Shown piece by piece: positions 44,667 to 54,491 of a stretch of 64,000 bases of DNA. Each line of letters starts with the position of its first letter. Position 1 is the stretch's first letter. The notes beneath the pieces were generated by a model. The model ran no database searches. It was not told the origin of the DNA and worked only from the letters and a program-made list of their open reading frames with translations. This DNA comes from an uncultured virus (IMG/VR IMGVR_UViG_3300024255_000019) (taxonomy: Duplodnaviria; Heunggongvirae; Uroviricota; Caudoviricetes), in the IMG/VR virus record IMGVR_UViG_3300024255_000019; one strand, written 5' to 3'. The position numbers were made by a program, and so were the translations under genes.

Positions 44667-44924
44667 TTATTTGGATTTAGTTTGGAATATCTCTGCAAAA
44701 TGGTCGAATACGCCAGGGTTATCCTGCATTACTTTTTCGAAGTTTCGCTTCATTGTTTCAAGGCCCTTTTTATTTCCTTCATCTCTCATTTTGGCTACTC
44801 TTGCTTTAATCTTATCGTAGTCAAACTTGTCAGCTGGATATATAGTGGGTTTCCATACTACAGTAGAATCCTTTGGGATTCCATAGTATCTTCCGTCGTC
44901 TTTATAGTTGTATTGTACTGTCAT
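44667..44924 (-). CDS. hypothetical early protein
   Basis: Below an early promoter; AGGA RBS. Confidence 0.7.
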   Translation of the reverse strand: MTVQYNYKDDGRYYGIPKDSTVVWKPTIYPADKFDYDKIKARVAKMRDEGNKKGLETMKRNFEKVMQDNPGVFDHFAEIFQTKSK

Positions 44925-44952
44925 AGTGTTTCCTGTTTAAAGTTGATGAGTC

Positions 44953-45085
44953 ATTCTAACATAGTTTTTAGTATTTGTCAACCCTTTTTTACAAATCATT
45001 TAGAACACGTAGTTATATGTATATTCCAAAAAGATATAAAGAAATGCAAAAACATGTTGACAATTCCCTCTTGTTGTGTTAGAAT
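44953..45085. promoter_or_regulatory. divergent early promoters at the strand switch
   Basis: Minus TTGACA (44981-44976)/TAGAAT; plus TTGACA (45057-45062)/TAGAAT (45080-45085). Confidence 0.8.
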
Positions 45086-45119
45086 AGTACTATTAAATCA
45101 AACAAGAAGGAAAATTGAG

Positions 45120-45302
45120 ATGAAAGCAGAAATTATAAAGATTGACATGAATACCTTTACCGGTACAATTCCATTTGGCTTCGACCTTGTGGAATACGCT
45201 CACGGGTTTGACCCAGTGAACGACGGATGTGTATTATATGGATTTGACGAGGTTGGAGCGTTTTTCTCTAACCCACAACATTGTTTCTTAAAAATCTCTT
45301 GA
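45120..45302 (+). CDS. hypothetical early protein (60 aa)
   Basis: True start MKAEII lies inside the 44619 track ORF, below a plus-strand promoter. Confidence 0.65.
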   Translation: MKAEIIKIDMNTFTGTIPFGFDLVEYAHGFDPVNDGCVLYGFDEVGAFFSNPQHCFLKIS

Positions 45303-45392
45303 AAATGAATGTACCTTTTATAACGCGTTACGTACATGCACACGAGGCAAGACAATTATTTGAAACAATTTCAACTTTTTTTACAAAAAGGG

Positions 45393-45421
45393 TTGACAAA
45401 TGCAAAAGAACGTGTTACAAT
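45393..45421 (+). promoter_or_regulatory. early promoter
   Basis: GGGTTGACAAA, 17 bp spacer, TACAAT. Confidence 0.85.
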
Positions 45422-45455
45422 AGTCTCATATTAAATTAATGGAAAAGGTGAAAAC

Positions 45456-45968
45456 ATGAAAAAACTCGTTATACAAACTCAATACAAAGAGAACTATGCA
45501 GCATGGGACTGGGATGGCCAGGGTGAATGCCCACAGGGCTGGAAGTTCAAAGGTGGCACGACTTACGTTATGCCTAATTGTGCTGAGGATATCGACGTTG
45601 ATAGCGTGGTTGAAGCCATTTCATCTCACATCACTGTGAGTAACGACCACACTGCTGAATATATAATTTCAGCGGATGTTGTTGACTACAACAAGAAAGT
45701 CTGCGAAGACTGGGAAACTATTACAGAGTTTACGCTCTTCAGTGGTAAGCCTGGACAAGTTACTTTTATGAAAGTGACTGACAATCGTGACATGGGTTAC
45801 ATGAGGTCTGAGATTCTCGAGAAAATCGAAACTTGGACTGCTGAACTCGGCGGTGGTTACTTAGACCGTGAGAATTACTCTGCTGAGTTTCTCATGGAAG
45901 ACGGAGATTTCTGCAGAGGAAATGCAGAGTTAACTGGGTGGTTTGAAGCTCAAAACGAGGTTGCTTAA
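45456..45968 (+). CDS. hypothetical early protein
   Basis: TQYKENYAA.DWDG.GECPQ.WKFKGG recurrent motif. Confidence 0.8.
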   Translation: MKKLVIQTQYKENYAAWDWDGQGECPQGWKFKGGTTYVMPNCAEDIDVDSVVEAISSHITVSNDHTAEYIISADVVDYNKKVCEDWETITEFTLFSGKPGQVTFMKVTDNRDMGYMRSEILEKIETWTAELGGGYLDRENYSAEFLMEDGDFCRGNAELTGWFEAQNEVA

Positions 45969-47806
45969 TGGCAAAACAAAAACAAGAAGAATTTAGAATA
46001 CTGACAGCTCGTCAACATGTTCGAGAGCGTATCGGCATGTACATGGGCTCAAGCTCTAAAGAATCTATTGAAAGATTTGTATTAGGCGAATGGAAAGCTG
46101 TAGAATACGTTCCTGCTCTCACTAAGATGATTGATGAGATTTTGGATAATGCTATTGATGAAGCCATTCGTACTAATTTTAAAAAGGCTAATAAAATTAA
46201 TGTTACTGTTAATGAAGCAACAAATACAATTACAGTAAATGATAATGGCCGTGGTATTCCTCACGACAAAATACATGACGAAGCATCTAATAAAAAGATA
46301 CAAAGACCAGTTGCAGCATGGACAAGAGTCAATGCAGGAACATCATTTGATGATGAACGAGTCACTATTGGAACAAACGGTGTTGGTTCAGCAGCAACCA
46401 ACTTCTTATCCACATCTTTCGAAGGTAAAACTTGGTCAGGTGGAAACTTACTTGAAGTAACTTGTACAGACGGGGGTAACAAAGTAAATGTTAAAGAAAA
46501 GAAAAGAGCGGGTAGTGGAACGGAAGTTTCTTTCACGCCAGACTTCAGCTTATTTGAGACAAATTCACTATCAACTTTGGGTACGCTGGACTTGCTTGAA
46601 GATAGACTTATATCTTTATCGATGTCGTTTCCGGAAATTCGTTTCTCGCTTAACAACAAAAGAATAGCGATCAATGATTTAAAGAAATATGCTTTACAAT
46701 ATAGTGAAGATACAGTTATTGACAAGAGCGATAATCTATCATTCTTCTTTGCACCATCTGAAGATGGATTCAGAACTACCTCTTATATAAACGGAGTTAA
46801 TACAAGACAAGGTGGAATCTATGTAGAGCATCTTGTTAACAATACTGTTGATGAACTCATTACTCTTATTAAGCGTAAACATAAAATTGAAGTTGCAAAG
46901 ACAACTATTAAAGGTGGACTGACTTTTGTAATGTTCGCAAGAAACTTTGTGAATCCAAAATTTGACTCACAAACAAAAGAGAGATTAACTAACTCTCTCG
47001 CAGAGGTAAGAGCTCACTTAGAAACATGTGATATTAAGGATTATAATTTCCTTGCTCGTAAGATACTCAATACACCAGTTATCATTGACCCAATTATTGA
47101 AGCTCAACTTGCTAAGAAGTTAGCTGCAGACAAACGTGCTGCAACAATGGCTCAAAAGAAATTACGTAAAGTCAAAGTTGCAAAACATATTTCTGCTAAC
47201 AAAGATGATGCTACTCTTAAAATTGTAGAGGGTGACTCAGCTATGGGATTCTTATTAAAAGTTCGTGACCCAAACAAGGTTGGAGCATTTCCATTGCGTG
47301 GTGTTATTATGAATACTTGGGATATGAAACCTGCAGATGTTCTGAAAAACAAAGAACTATCTGAATTGGTAGCTGTACTAGGACTTGACATCAACGACGA
47401 AGACAGTGTTGACAATATGACATATAAACATATTGCTACCTTAACAGATGCCGACCACGATGGTATTGGTCACATCAGTCCATTGTTAATTGCATTCTTT
47501 TATAAGTTCTGGCCACGACTACTTCTTGAGCATAGAGTTAAAATTACTCGTACTCCAATTATGATATCCACATTTAAGGATAGAGTTGAGTGGTTCTATA
47601 CTTACGAAGATGCATCTGAGTTCAAGCAAAAGAATTCAAATTGGAAACATCGTTACATTAAAGGACTCGGATCGTTGACAGAAGAGGAATATGATGTTAT
47701 AATTAACCAACCACGGTACGATACTGTTTCAGTAGACGATGCCGGTCTTTTCCAAATGATGTTTGGTAAGGATAGTAATTTACGAAAGGAGTTTATGTTC
47801 GCATGA
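45968..47806 (+). CDS. gp39: type II topoisomerase large subunit (gp39+gp60 fused)
   Basis: EILDNAIDE GHKL motif; GTNGVG; EGDSA; PLRG; DADHDG. Confidence 0.96.
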   Translation: MAKQKQEEFRILTARQHVRERIGMYMGSSSKESIERFVLGEWKAVEYVPALTKMIDEILDNAIDEAIRTNFKKANKINVTVNEATNTITVNDNGRGIPHDKIHDEASNKKIQRPVAAWTRVNAGTSFDDERVTIGTNGVGSAATNFLSTSFEGKTWSGGNLLEVTCTDGGNKVNVKEKKRAGSGTEVSFTPDFSLFETNSLSTLGTLDLLEDRLISLSMSFPEIRFSLNNKRIAINDLKKYALQYSEDTVIDKSDNLSFFFAPSEDGFRTTSYINGVNTRQGGIYVEHLVNNTVDELITLIKRKHKIEVAKTTIKGGLTFVMFARNFVNPKFDSQTKERLTNSLAEVRAHLETCDIKDYNFLARKILNTPVIIDPIIEAQLAKKLAADKRAATMAQKKLRKVKVAKHISANKDDATLKIVEGDSAMGFLLKVRDPNKVGAFPLRGVIMNTWDMKPADVLKNKELSELVAVLGLDINDEDSVDNMTYKHIATLTDADHDGIGHISPLLIAFFYKFWPRLLLEHRVKITRTPIMISTFKDRVEWFYTYEDASEFKQKNSNWKHRYIKGLGSLTEEEYDVIINQPRYDTVSVDDAGLFQMMFGKDSNLRKEFMFA

Positions 47807-49152
47807 GTGATTTAACAAACTATATTAATGACGACAATCAATATTACCCATTGTCAAATGTTGCCGCAAGAGAGTGGAAATCATTTGCAATGTACACTGT
47901 TGAAAATCGTGCGATACCAAATATGATTGACGGACTAAAACCCGTGCAAAGGTTTTACCTATACTCCAGTATTCAAAACACAAAAAGAGATTTCAAAAAA
48001 GTTTCCGCCGTATCTGGTATCATATCAGATTATGGTTACAATCATGGTGAGGGGAGCGCAGCCGGTTCTGGTCAGCTCATGGCCGCGACTTGGAATAACA
48101 ACATATGTTTAGTTGAAGGCCGAGGCTCCTTTGGTACAAGACTAATACAAGACGCCGGTGCCCCTCGTTATGTCTATACTCGACTACATGACAACTTTAC
48201 TAAGTATGTTAAAGATGTAGATTTGAGTCCAGTACATGAAGACCCAGAGCATGAGCCACCTGCACATTACTTACCAGTGATTCCATTAGTATTAGCAAAT
48301 GGCACTAAAGGTATTGCAACAGGGTTCGCTACAAATATTCTACCACATTGCCCAGATAGTTTAGCTGCTGCTTGTGAGGAATACTTACGAACAAAGAAAA
48401 TATCGCCCGATACAATTAAGATAAAATTCCCAGAGTTTAGTGGTACAGTTAAACAAGACCCACTCGAGCCTAAGCGATATACCGTAACTGGTGTTTATAA
48501 GAAGACATCTAAGACACAACTCACAATCACTGAAGTACCTTATGGACTAGACAGGGAAGGGTATGTAAAGGTATTAGATAAACTCGAAGATGACGGAGAT
48601 ATAGTATCTTACGAAGACCTTTGTGATAAGAGTGGTTTTAAGTTTAACGTTAAACTCAAACTTGCATCATCAGCAAAATGGAATGATGCTAAGACTATTA
48701 ACAAATTTAAATTATCAAAAGTACTTAGCCAAAACTGTACTGTGATTGACCAAGATGGTAAGTTACGAGAGTACGATGATGTGAGTATTCTTGTTAAAGA
48801 CTTTTGTGATTACCGTTTCGGTGTATTGCAGAAGCGTATTGACAAGAACCTTGCAACATTTGAAGCAGCAAAAATATGGCTACAAATTAAAATGGAATTT
48901 ATCCAACTTGTACTTGATGATAAAATCACATTTAAAAATAAGAACAAAAAGCAAATAGGCGATGATATTATATCACACATACCAGAAGCAAGTGTCTTGC
49001 TCGACCGACTATTAGCAATACCATTTTCTAACTTAACATCAGAAGAGATTCTGAATTTGGAAAAACAAATCAAGCAAGCTGAGAAGGACTTAGACTTTTG
49101 GAATAAGGCAACACCTAAAAAGCAATTCTTGAGTGACTTAAAACTTATATAA
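47803..49152 (+). CDS. gp52: type II topoisomerase medium subunit (gp52)
   Basis: RAIPNMIDGLKPVQR; YNHGE; APRY catalytic Tyr. Confidence 0.96.
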   Translation: MSDLTNYINDDNQYYPLSNVAAREWKSFAMYTVENRAIPNMIDGLKPVQRFYLYSSIQNTKRDFKKVSAVSGIISDYGYNHGEGSAAGSGQLMAATWNNNICLVEGRGSFGTRLIQDAGAPRYVYTRLHDNFTKYVKDVDLSPVHEDPEHEPPAHYLPVIPLVLANGTKGIATGFATNILPHCPDSLAAACEEYLRTKKISPDTIKIKFPEFSGTVKQDPLEPKRYTVTGVYKKTSKTQLTITEVPYGLDREGYVKVLDKLEDDGDIVSYEDLCDKSGFKFNVKLKLASSAKWNDAKTINKFKLSKVLSQNCTVIDQDGKLREYDDVSILVKDFCDYRFGVLQKRIDKNLATFEAAKIWLQIKMEFIQLVLDDKITFKNKNKKQIGDDIISHIPEASVLLDRLLAIPFSNLTSEEILNLEKQIKQAEKDLDFWNKATPKKQFLSDLKLI

Positions 49153-49162
49153 TGGAGATACT

Positions 49163-49876
49163 ATGAAATACACCGCTGAATTTATGAAAACACTTGGGTA
49201 CTACCAATACGGCTACTATCCTAATGGAAAATTTGATAACACTATAAACCCACAATACGATGGTAAAGGTGTTAAAATGAGATGCCTAGACCATCTTAAA
49301 GATAAACCTGTAGATGTCGACAATCTAATTATTATCGGCAGAAACTTAGAAAAGTTTACTGAAGGTCGAGATGCTGTTGAAGCTGTTCAAGCTGCAACTG
49401 AATCTATGCGAATCAATGTACTCGAACCAAAGCTTAATAAAATCAAAGGAATGTATGATGAACTATGGGTCAAAACTCCTATCAGTGTTCTTCGTGATGA
49501 GTGGTTAAAAACTCAAATTAATCCAGTTGCAGAATCACATAAATTTTGGAATGCTCATCCAGAGCTCGAAAGCGTTACTCAAGCAACTACAACAAACTCC
49601 TCTGGTTCTGTTTACCAAACACAAAGAATTAAAGGTACAGAATACAAGCTCTATGTTAACTATACTATTGACGGACCTGAAGTTACTATTAAGGTTAACT
49701 TTAGTAGGAAAGGAGTTGATGGCATGACAATGGACGAACTATTTGAAAAGTGGTCTACTCAATATGCAGAACTTGAAACAACTCCAGCAGGAGCTGATGG
49801 TGAATGGATTATTGCTGAAATAGGAAGCATTGAAGATACCATTGAATTTTTTGTTGAGGCAGCTACCTATGAATGA
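49163..49876 (+). CDS. protein with degenerate GIY-YIG (LEM-3-like) N-terminus
   Basis: LGYYQYGY...YDGKG...RCLDH. Confidence 0.5.
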   Translation: MKYTAEFMKTLGYYQYGYYPNGKFDNTINPQYDGKGVKMRCLDHLKDKPVDVDNLIIIGRNLEKFTEGRDAVEAVQAATESMRINVLEPKLNKIKGMYDELWVKTPISVLRDEWLKTQINPVAESHKFWNAHPELESVTQATTTNSSGSVYQTQRIKGTEYKLYVNYTIDGPEVTIKVNFSRKGVDGMTMDELFEKWSTQYAELETTPAGADGEWIIAEIGSIEDTIEFFVEAATYE

Positions 49877-50075
49877 TTTAAAATTTACAACAGCAGGTGA
49901 TTATATGAACCAAGAAAAAGACAAGTGCGGCATGTGTGGCATTGAAACAGAATACACTAAAGATACTCATGTTGATATGCGATATGGGTATGTAGAAGGT
50001 GCCGGTCAATTCTGCAGAGTATGCTATACAGCAGGTATTGATTCTGACAAAACTTTCGTGCACGAATATGAATAA
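49869..50075 (+). CDS. small zinc-finger protein
   Basis: CGMC...YVEGAGQFCRVC. Confidence 0.75.
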   Translation: MNDLKFTTAGDYMNQEKDKCGMCGIETEYTKDTHVDMRYGYVEGAGQFCRVCYTAGIDSDKTFVHEYE

Positions 50076-50229
50076 AGTTTGGAAAATTTGGCAATACAGC
50101 CTTGGCGGATATTCAGACGATAAGACTGAGCCCTATGATAAGTATATCACAATTGTAAGAAGTATTGTAGTGGGTGTTAACTTTATTACTTGCTTCTTTA
50201 TTATGGCAAACGCTATTCACCACTGGTAA
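50068..50229 (+). CDS. small membrane protein
   Basis: WKIWQYSLG.YSD.KT..YD motif followed by a TM segment. Confidence 0.7.
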   Translation: MNKVWKIWQYSLGGYSDDKTEPYDKYITIVRSIVVGVNFITCFFIMANAIHHW

Positions 50230-50231
50230 TT

Positions 50232-50948
50232 CTACCAATTCTTAATATACAACATAAAGCTTGATGGTAAAACATGTTTCCAATTCTCTTGGAACATTAC
50301 ATCAAGTGTTGCATCGCCTTGTGCATAAACACGACCCATATCTATAAATGGTTTAACAACAGTATCTCTCCAATTTTCAAAGCGTTGATCGCTTCCATAA
50401 AAAGATTGATAATTGACTCTTACTGCAATGAAGCGAACATTCTGCCCAAGAAAATCTAAATTATCTTCATGCAATATATTAAACTCTGCACCATTTGCTG
50501 ATACTTTTAAATAGTCAATATGTTGTATATCGTAATAGTCAGTTAATTCTCTTAGTGACATTAGTTTAGTATCTTCAGTTGCACCATATTCCATTGCAAT
50601 TGTTTTATCTAAATCTGTTCTACCCATAGCTGCATCAATAGGCATTAGTTTTGGTAGTTCATCTTGTTCCATACCAATATAAGCTTCGGCACAATTTTTA
50701 ATAGCTGTTTTGAGATGCTTACGGTTGGATTCAATCATGTAAACTTTCTTTGCACCAGCATCAAGTGCTTTAGCTGAGAACATTCCAATTTGAGCACCGA
50801 TATCAACTACAATATCACCAGGTAATACCTCGTGCCACCAGTCGTAATCTTTTCGTTGGAAAAAGGAATAATAAAGGGAATTGATATGATTAATGGATAA
50901 ATCAGCAGTATCCATCTCGAAATTTAGGTTCTTGGGTTTTGAAAACAT
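50232..50948 (-). CDS. FkbM-family methyltransferase
   Basis: VVDIGAQIGMFS; IDYLKVSANGAE. Confidence 0.8.
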   Translation of the reverse strand: MFSKPKNLNFEMDTADLSINHINSLYYSFFQRKDYDWWHEVLPGDIVVDIGAQIGMFSAKALDAGAKKVYMIESNRKHLKTAIKNCAEAYIGMEQDELPKLMPIDAAMGRTDLDKTIAMEYGATEDTKLMSLRELTDYYDIQHIDYLKVSANGAEFNILHEDNLDFLGQNVRFIAVRVNYQSFYGSDQRFENWRDTVVKPFIDMGRVYAQGDATLDVMFQENWKHVLPSSFMLYIKNW

Positions 50949-50964
50949 TATATAGTTCGCCTCG

Positions 50965-50972
50965 TATAAATA
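50965..50972 (+). promoter_or_regulatory. T4 late promoter
   Basis: TATAAATA upstream of gp3. Confidence 0.8.
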
Positions 50973-51002
50973 GTATAATAAACAATCATTGGAATTTATT
51001 GT

Positions 51003-51491
51003 ATGATTAATAACTATTTATCATCAGCTGGATTTAAAATAATCTTCAAAAGATTACCTCATGTAGAATTTTTCTCAAATAAAATTCTGCTGCCATCTAT
51101 TACTACAAACGCAGTTAAGAGCGATACTCCACTTCGTGCTTACTACTCTGTCGGTGACCATTTGGCTTATGCTGATTTAGATTTGACATTTATTATTGAT
51201 GAGAACATGAGCAACTACCGTGAAATTTTTGAATGGCTCAAAGGTATTGGTACTCCAGATAATTTAAATCAATACGACAAACTTAAAAATAGCCCAGACG
51301 GTGATACATCTGATGTTACTGTTTTAATTTTAGATAGTCATAAACAACCAAATTTAGAAGTAACATACATTAATGCAATGCCGATTGGTTTGACTCCAGT
51401 GAGTTTAGACTTATCTAACCAAGATGTTCTTTATCCTGAAGCTACGGTTACTATGAGATACGATGCATTTGATATTAAGAAATTAAGTTAA
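51003..51491 (+). CDS. gp3: tail completion/sheath stabiliser (gp3, tube-like fold)
   Basis: NYLS..GF...FIIDENMSNYREIFEWL; synteny gp3-uvsY-uvsW-gp55. Confidence 0.82.
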   Translation: MINNYLSSAGFKIIFKRLPHVEFFSNKILLPSITTNAVKSDTPLRAYYSVGDHLAYADLDLTFIIDENMSNYREIFEWLKGIGTPDNLNQYDKLKNSPDGDTSDVTVLILDSHKQPNLEVTYINAMPIGLTPVSLDLSNQDVLYPEATVTMRYDAFDIKKLS

Positions 51492-51494
51492 GGG

Positions 51495-51523
51495 TTGACA
51501 AATCACAGCAAACCTGATATAAT
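51495..51523 (+). promoter_or_regulatory. early-type promoter for uvsY
   Basis: TTGACA, 17 bp, TATAAT. Confidence 0.85.
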
Positions 51524-51555
51524 ATACTTTTATAGTTAACAACCGAGTTTACATT

Positions 51556-51993
51556 ATGGATACAAATGATATATCAGCCTTATGGGCAAAAGATTCAGTA
51601 ATCGACGAAACAAATCTTGTCGGAGAATCAAAACGAATCCCAGTGCTTCACAGCAAATATTACAATCTCTTTTATAGAGAAGTACTTCGGGTCAAAAAAT
51701 TAAAAGCAGAATATAAAGAACTCGAAGCTCGTAAGCGTGAATATTACGATGGCTCAATGGCTGAAGAAGATTTAAAAGACAATGGCTGGAAGCCTTATCA
51801 GAAGAAAGTATTGCGTAACGAAGTAGATAAATATATTCAAGCAGATAAGGATATTATCAAACTCAGTTTAACTATTGATTACCATTCTGCTAATGCAAAC
51901 TTTTTAGAAGACATTGTGCGAACTATTCATAGTCGCAATTTTATAGTAAAAAATATGATTGACATGTTAAAATTTCAAGCTGGTGATTATTAA
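51556..51993 (+). CDS. uvsY: recombination mediator UvsY
   Basis: WAKDSVID...IPVLHSKY...EYYDG...IHSRNFIVKNMI. Confidence 0.92.
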   Translation: MDTNDISALWAKDSVIDETNLVGESKRIPVLHSKYYNLFYREVLRVKKLKAEYKELEARKREYYDGSMAEEDLKDNGWKPYQKKVLRNEVDKYIQADKDIIKLSLTIDYHSANANFLEDIVRTIHSRNFIVKNMIDMLKFQAGDY

Positions 51994-52280
51994 TGAATTG
52001 GTGGGATAAATTTCTCGAGTGGGGCTTTCAACAAGAAGCCAATAAACAATTCGCTGAAACACAAAGAATTATAGATGATGTAAATAGCATCGGGGGTGAA
52101 CAAAAGCCTCAAAAGAAAGTCGTCGACATGATGGCTGACGATACTGACCCAGAAGAAATTACTATTGAAAACGCATATAAGACGAGATGGATTTGGTATC
52201 ATACGATATTAGCTATCGGAATCTTTTTTACTAACATTATTTTATTCGGCATTTTTATATTATTAGCAATTAAGCTATGA
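51993..52280 (+). CDS. membrane protein
   Basis: C-terminal TM segment; operon-packed. Confidence 0.7.
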   Translation: MNWWDKFLEWGFQQEANKQFAETQRIIDDVNSIGGEQKPQKKVVDMMADDTDPEEITIENAYKTRWIWYHTILAIGIFFTNIILFGIFILLAIKL

Positions 52281-53767
52281 GTGAACAGATAACCTTAGAA
52301 CCTATTAATTCAGTCCACATGAAAGTTGTTGCAGATAGCGGCACACTCATGGAATTGGCTGAGCAATTTAGTTTCAGACCAGAAGGTTATCAATTTGTTC
52401 CTGCTTATAAGAATAGAGTATGGGACGGAATTATAAGATTATTCCAACCAATGCGACCAATTATCTATGTTGGTTTATATCCACATATTAAAAAGTTTTG
52501 TGATGACCGTGGATATTTCTTATCCGCACCAGACCACATTGGAACAGACGAGGAATTTGATGACGATTATCCTACTCAGCTCTCTGAAGAAATCAATTGT
52601 AAGTTTATACCAAGAGATTATCAATCAGAATATGTACTTAACGCATTGCGTAAACGCCGATCTTTATCTCTATCACCGACATCATCTGGTAAGTCTTTAA
52701 TAATCTATTTAATACAACAACATTATTTTCAAGCATTCGGCCACAGAACATTAATTATTGTACCAACTATTTCTCTAGTCCACCAAATGAAAGGTGACTT
52801 TGTAGATTATGGTTGTGATGTGAATGATATCTATACTATTCAAGGCGGTGTTGATAAAAATACTAGCTCACCGATTGTTATATCTACATGGCAATCACTT
52901 ATTAAATTAAAGAAAGATTGGTTTGACCAATTCAAAGTTGTACTTGGAGATGAAGCACACACATTCCAAGCAAAAAGCTTAACAAAGATTATGGAATCAT
53001 TAACTGACTGTGAATACCGACATGGATTTACAGGTACATTAAAATCATCAGAAAGTAAAACTCATAGGTTAGTACTTGAAGGATGTTTTGGTGAGGTTAA
53101 ACGATTTGTGAATACAAAAGAACTAATGGATAAAGGAACTGTAGCTGATTTTAAAGTTAAAGCGATCGTGTTATCTCATAGTAATGAAACAAGAAAGAAA
53201 TTTAAAGATGCTCTCAAGAGTTTAGATGGAACAAAGAAATGGCCAGCTGAACGAGAGTTTATTGTGAACAATGAGAAACGAAATAACTTTATTAAGAATC
53301 TTGTTCATAGTTTAGAAGGCCAAAACAATTTAATTCTATTTGACCTTGTAGAGAAACATGGTAAAGTCTTAGAACCTTTGCTTCGCAAAGAAGGAAGAGA
53401 GCTTCACTTTATATATGGTGGAACCAAAGGTGAAGAACGTGAGAACATTCGACATCATGTTGAGAATGATTCTGAAAAGAGGCATGACATACTTGCTTCC
53501 TATGGAGTATTCTCTACTGGAGTGAACTTGAAACGTTTAGACAATGTGATATTTGCTACTGGTTCTAAGAGTGAAATTAAAGTACTACAATCTATCGGTA
53601 GAACATTGAGGAAGGCTGACGACTCTACCGAAGCTACCTTATATGATATTACTGATGATTTATCTGTTGGAAGTTTTGAGAACTATACCTTGAAACACTT
53701 TAAGAAAAGGATAGAAATATACGGAGCTGAAGAGTTCCCTTATAAGATTTATACTATCGAAATATAG
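52277..53767 (+). CDS. uvsW: SF2 helicase UvsW
   Basis: PRDYQ, SPTSSGKS, DEAH, QSIGRTLR. Confidence 0.96.
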   Translation: MSEQITLEPINSVHMKVVADSGTLMELAEQFSFRPEGYQFVPAYKNRVWDGIIRLFQPMRPIIYVGLYPHIKKFCDDRGYFLSAPDHIGTDEEFDDDYPTQLSEEINCKFIPRDYQSEYVLNALRKRRSLSLSPTSSGKSLIIYLIQQHYFQAFGHRTLIIVPTISLVHQMKGDFVDYGCDVNDIYTIQGGVDKNTSSPIVISTWQSLIKLKKDWFDQFKVVLGDEAHTFQAKSLTKIMESLTDCEYRHGFTGTLKSSESKTHRLVLEGCFGEVKRFVNTKELMDKGTVADFKVKAIVLSHSNETRKKFKDALKSLDGTKKWPAEREFIVNNEKRNNFIKNLVHSLEGQNNLILFDLVEKHGKVLEPLLRKEGRELHFIYGGTKGEERENIRHHVENDSEKRHDILASYGVFSTGVNLKRLDNVIFATGSKSEIKVLQSIGRTLRKADDSTEATLYDITDDLSVGSFENYTLKHFKKRIEIYGAEEFPYKIYTIEI

Positions 53768-53799
53768 TACTATAGTGGGCCTTAAAGGTTGATAACCTT

Positions 53800-53828
53800 A
53801 TTATAACAGAAGTTGCAACACTTGTCAA
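53800..53828 (-). promoter_or_regulatory. consensus promoter pointing antisense into uvsW
   Basis: GGGTTGACAA (-35 at 53828-53823), 17 bp, TATAAT (53805-53800). Confidence 0.75.
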
Positions 53829-53872
53829 CCCTTTTTTGAAAAACAATGCAAATAATTTCAAATCTCATCTTT

Positions 53873-53937
53873 AAAATCAACATAGTCAATATAATGATTG
53901 ACAAAAAATCAACATAGTCAATATAATGGTTGACAAA
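53873..53937. repeat. 32-bp-period tandem duplication in the gp55 promoter
   Basis: AAAATCAACATAGTCAATATAATG(A/G)TTGACAAA twice. Confidence 0.95.
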
Positions 53938-53958
53938 CCCCTCAGAATGTGTTATAAT
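53930..53958 (+). promoter_or_regulatory. promoter for gp55
   Basis: TTGACA (53930-53935), 17 bp, TATAAT (53953-53958). Confidence 0.85.
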
Positions 53959-53993
53959 TATATTTTAAAAAATTCCAACATAAGGAAACAATA

Positions 53994-54491
53994 ATGGCAA
54001 GAAAAAGAAATTATGTCAATAATCCTGACTTACTTGCTGCCTTGATAGATTACAAAGCTCTATGCAAGGAAGCTGAAGACGCAGGAGATAGAAACCCAAA
54101 GGTACCAGAATACATCGGAAAGTGCATATTGTTAATTGCAACAAGACTTGCTACTAAACCAAATTTCTCTGGTTACTCTTATAAAGAAGAAATGATATCA
54201 GATGGAATTGAGAATTGCTTAATGTATATTCACAACTTCGACCCAGAAAAATCGCAGAACCCTTTTGCATATTTCACACAAATTATCTGGTTTGCATTTC
54301 TAAGAAGAATTCAAAAAGAGAAGAAGCAGACTTATATCAAGTTTAAAGCTTCCCAAAACATGTTAACTCAGAGCATACTTCAAGATAGTGATGCACAAAC
54401 TATTCAAATGAATGAGCCACCTGAGTACATTTCCAGATTCATTGATGACTTTGAATCTAAATTTAAGAAAGGAGCCAAAGATAAGAAATGA
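53994..54491 (+). CDS. gp55: late sigma factor (gp55)
   Basis: YVNN; NFSGYSYKEEMISDGIENC; NPFAYFTQI. Confidence 0.96.
   Translation: MARKRNYVNNPDLLAALIDYKALCKEAEDAGDRNPKVPEYIGKCILLIATRLATKPNFSGYSYKEEMISDGIENCLMYIHNFDPEKSQNPFAYFTQIIWFAFLRRIQKEKKQTYIKFKASQNMLTQSILQDSDAQTIQMNEPPEYISRFIDDFESKFKKGAKDKK

Noticed and set aside
44619..45119. N-terminal part of the 227-aa plus-strand ORF
   Set aside because: Overlaps minus-strand genes and promoters; only the last 60 aa from 45120 look real.
45303..45350. Palindrome TAACGCGTTA near the strand switch as an origin
   Set aside because: A single 10-bp palindrome with no supporting repeats; could be chance.
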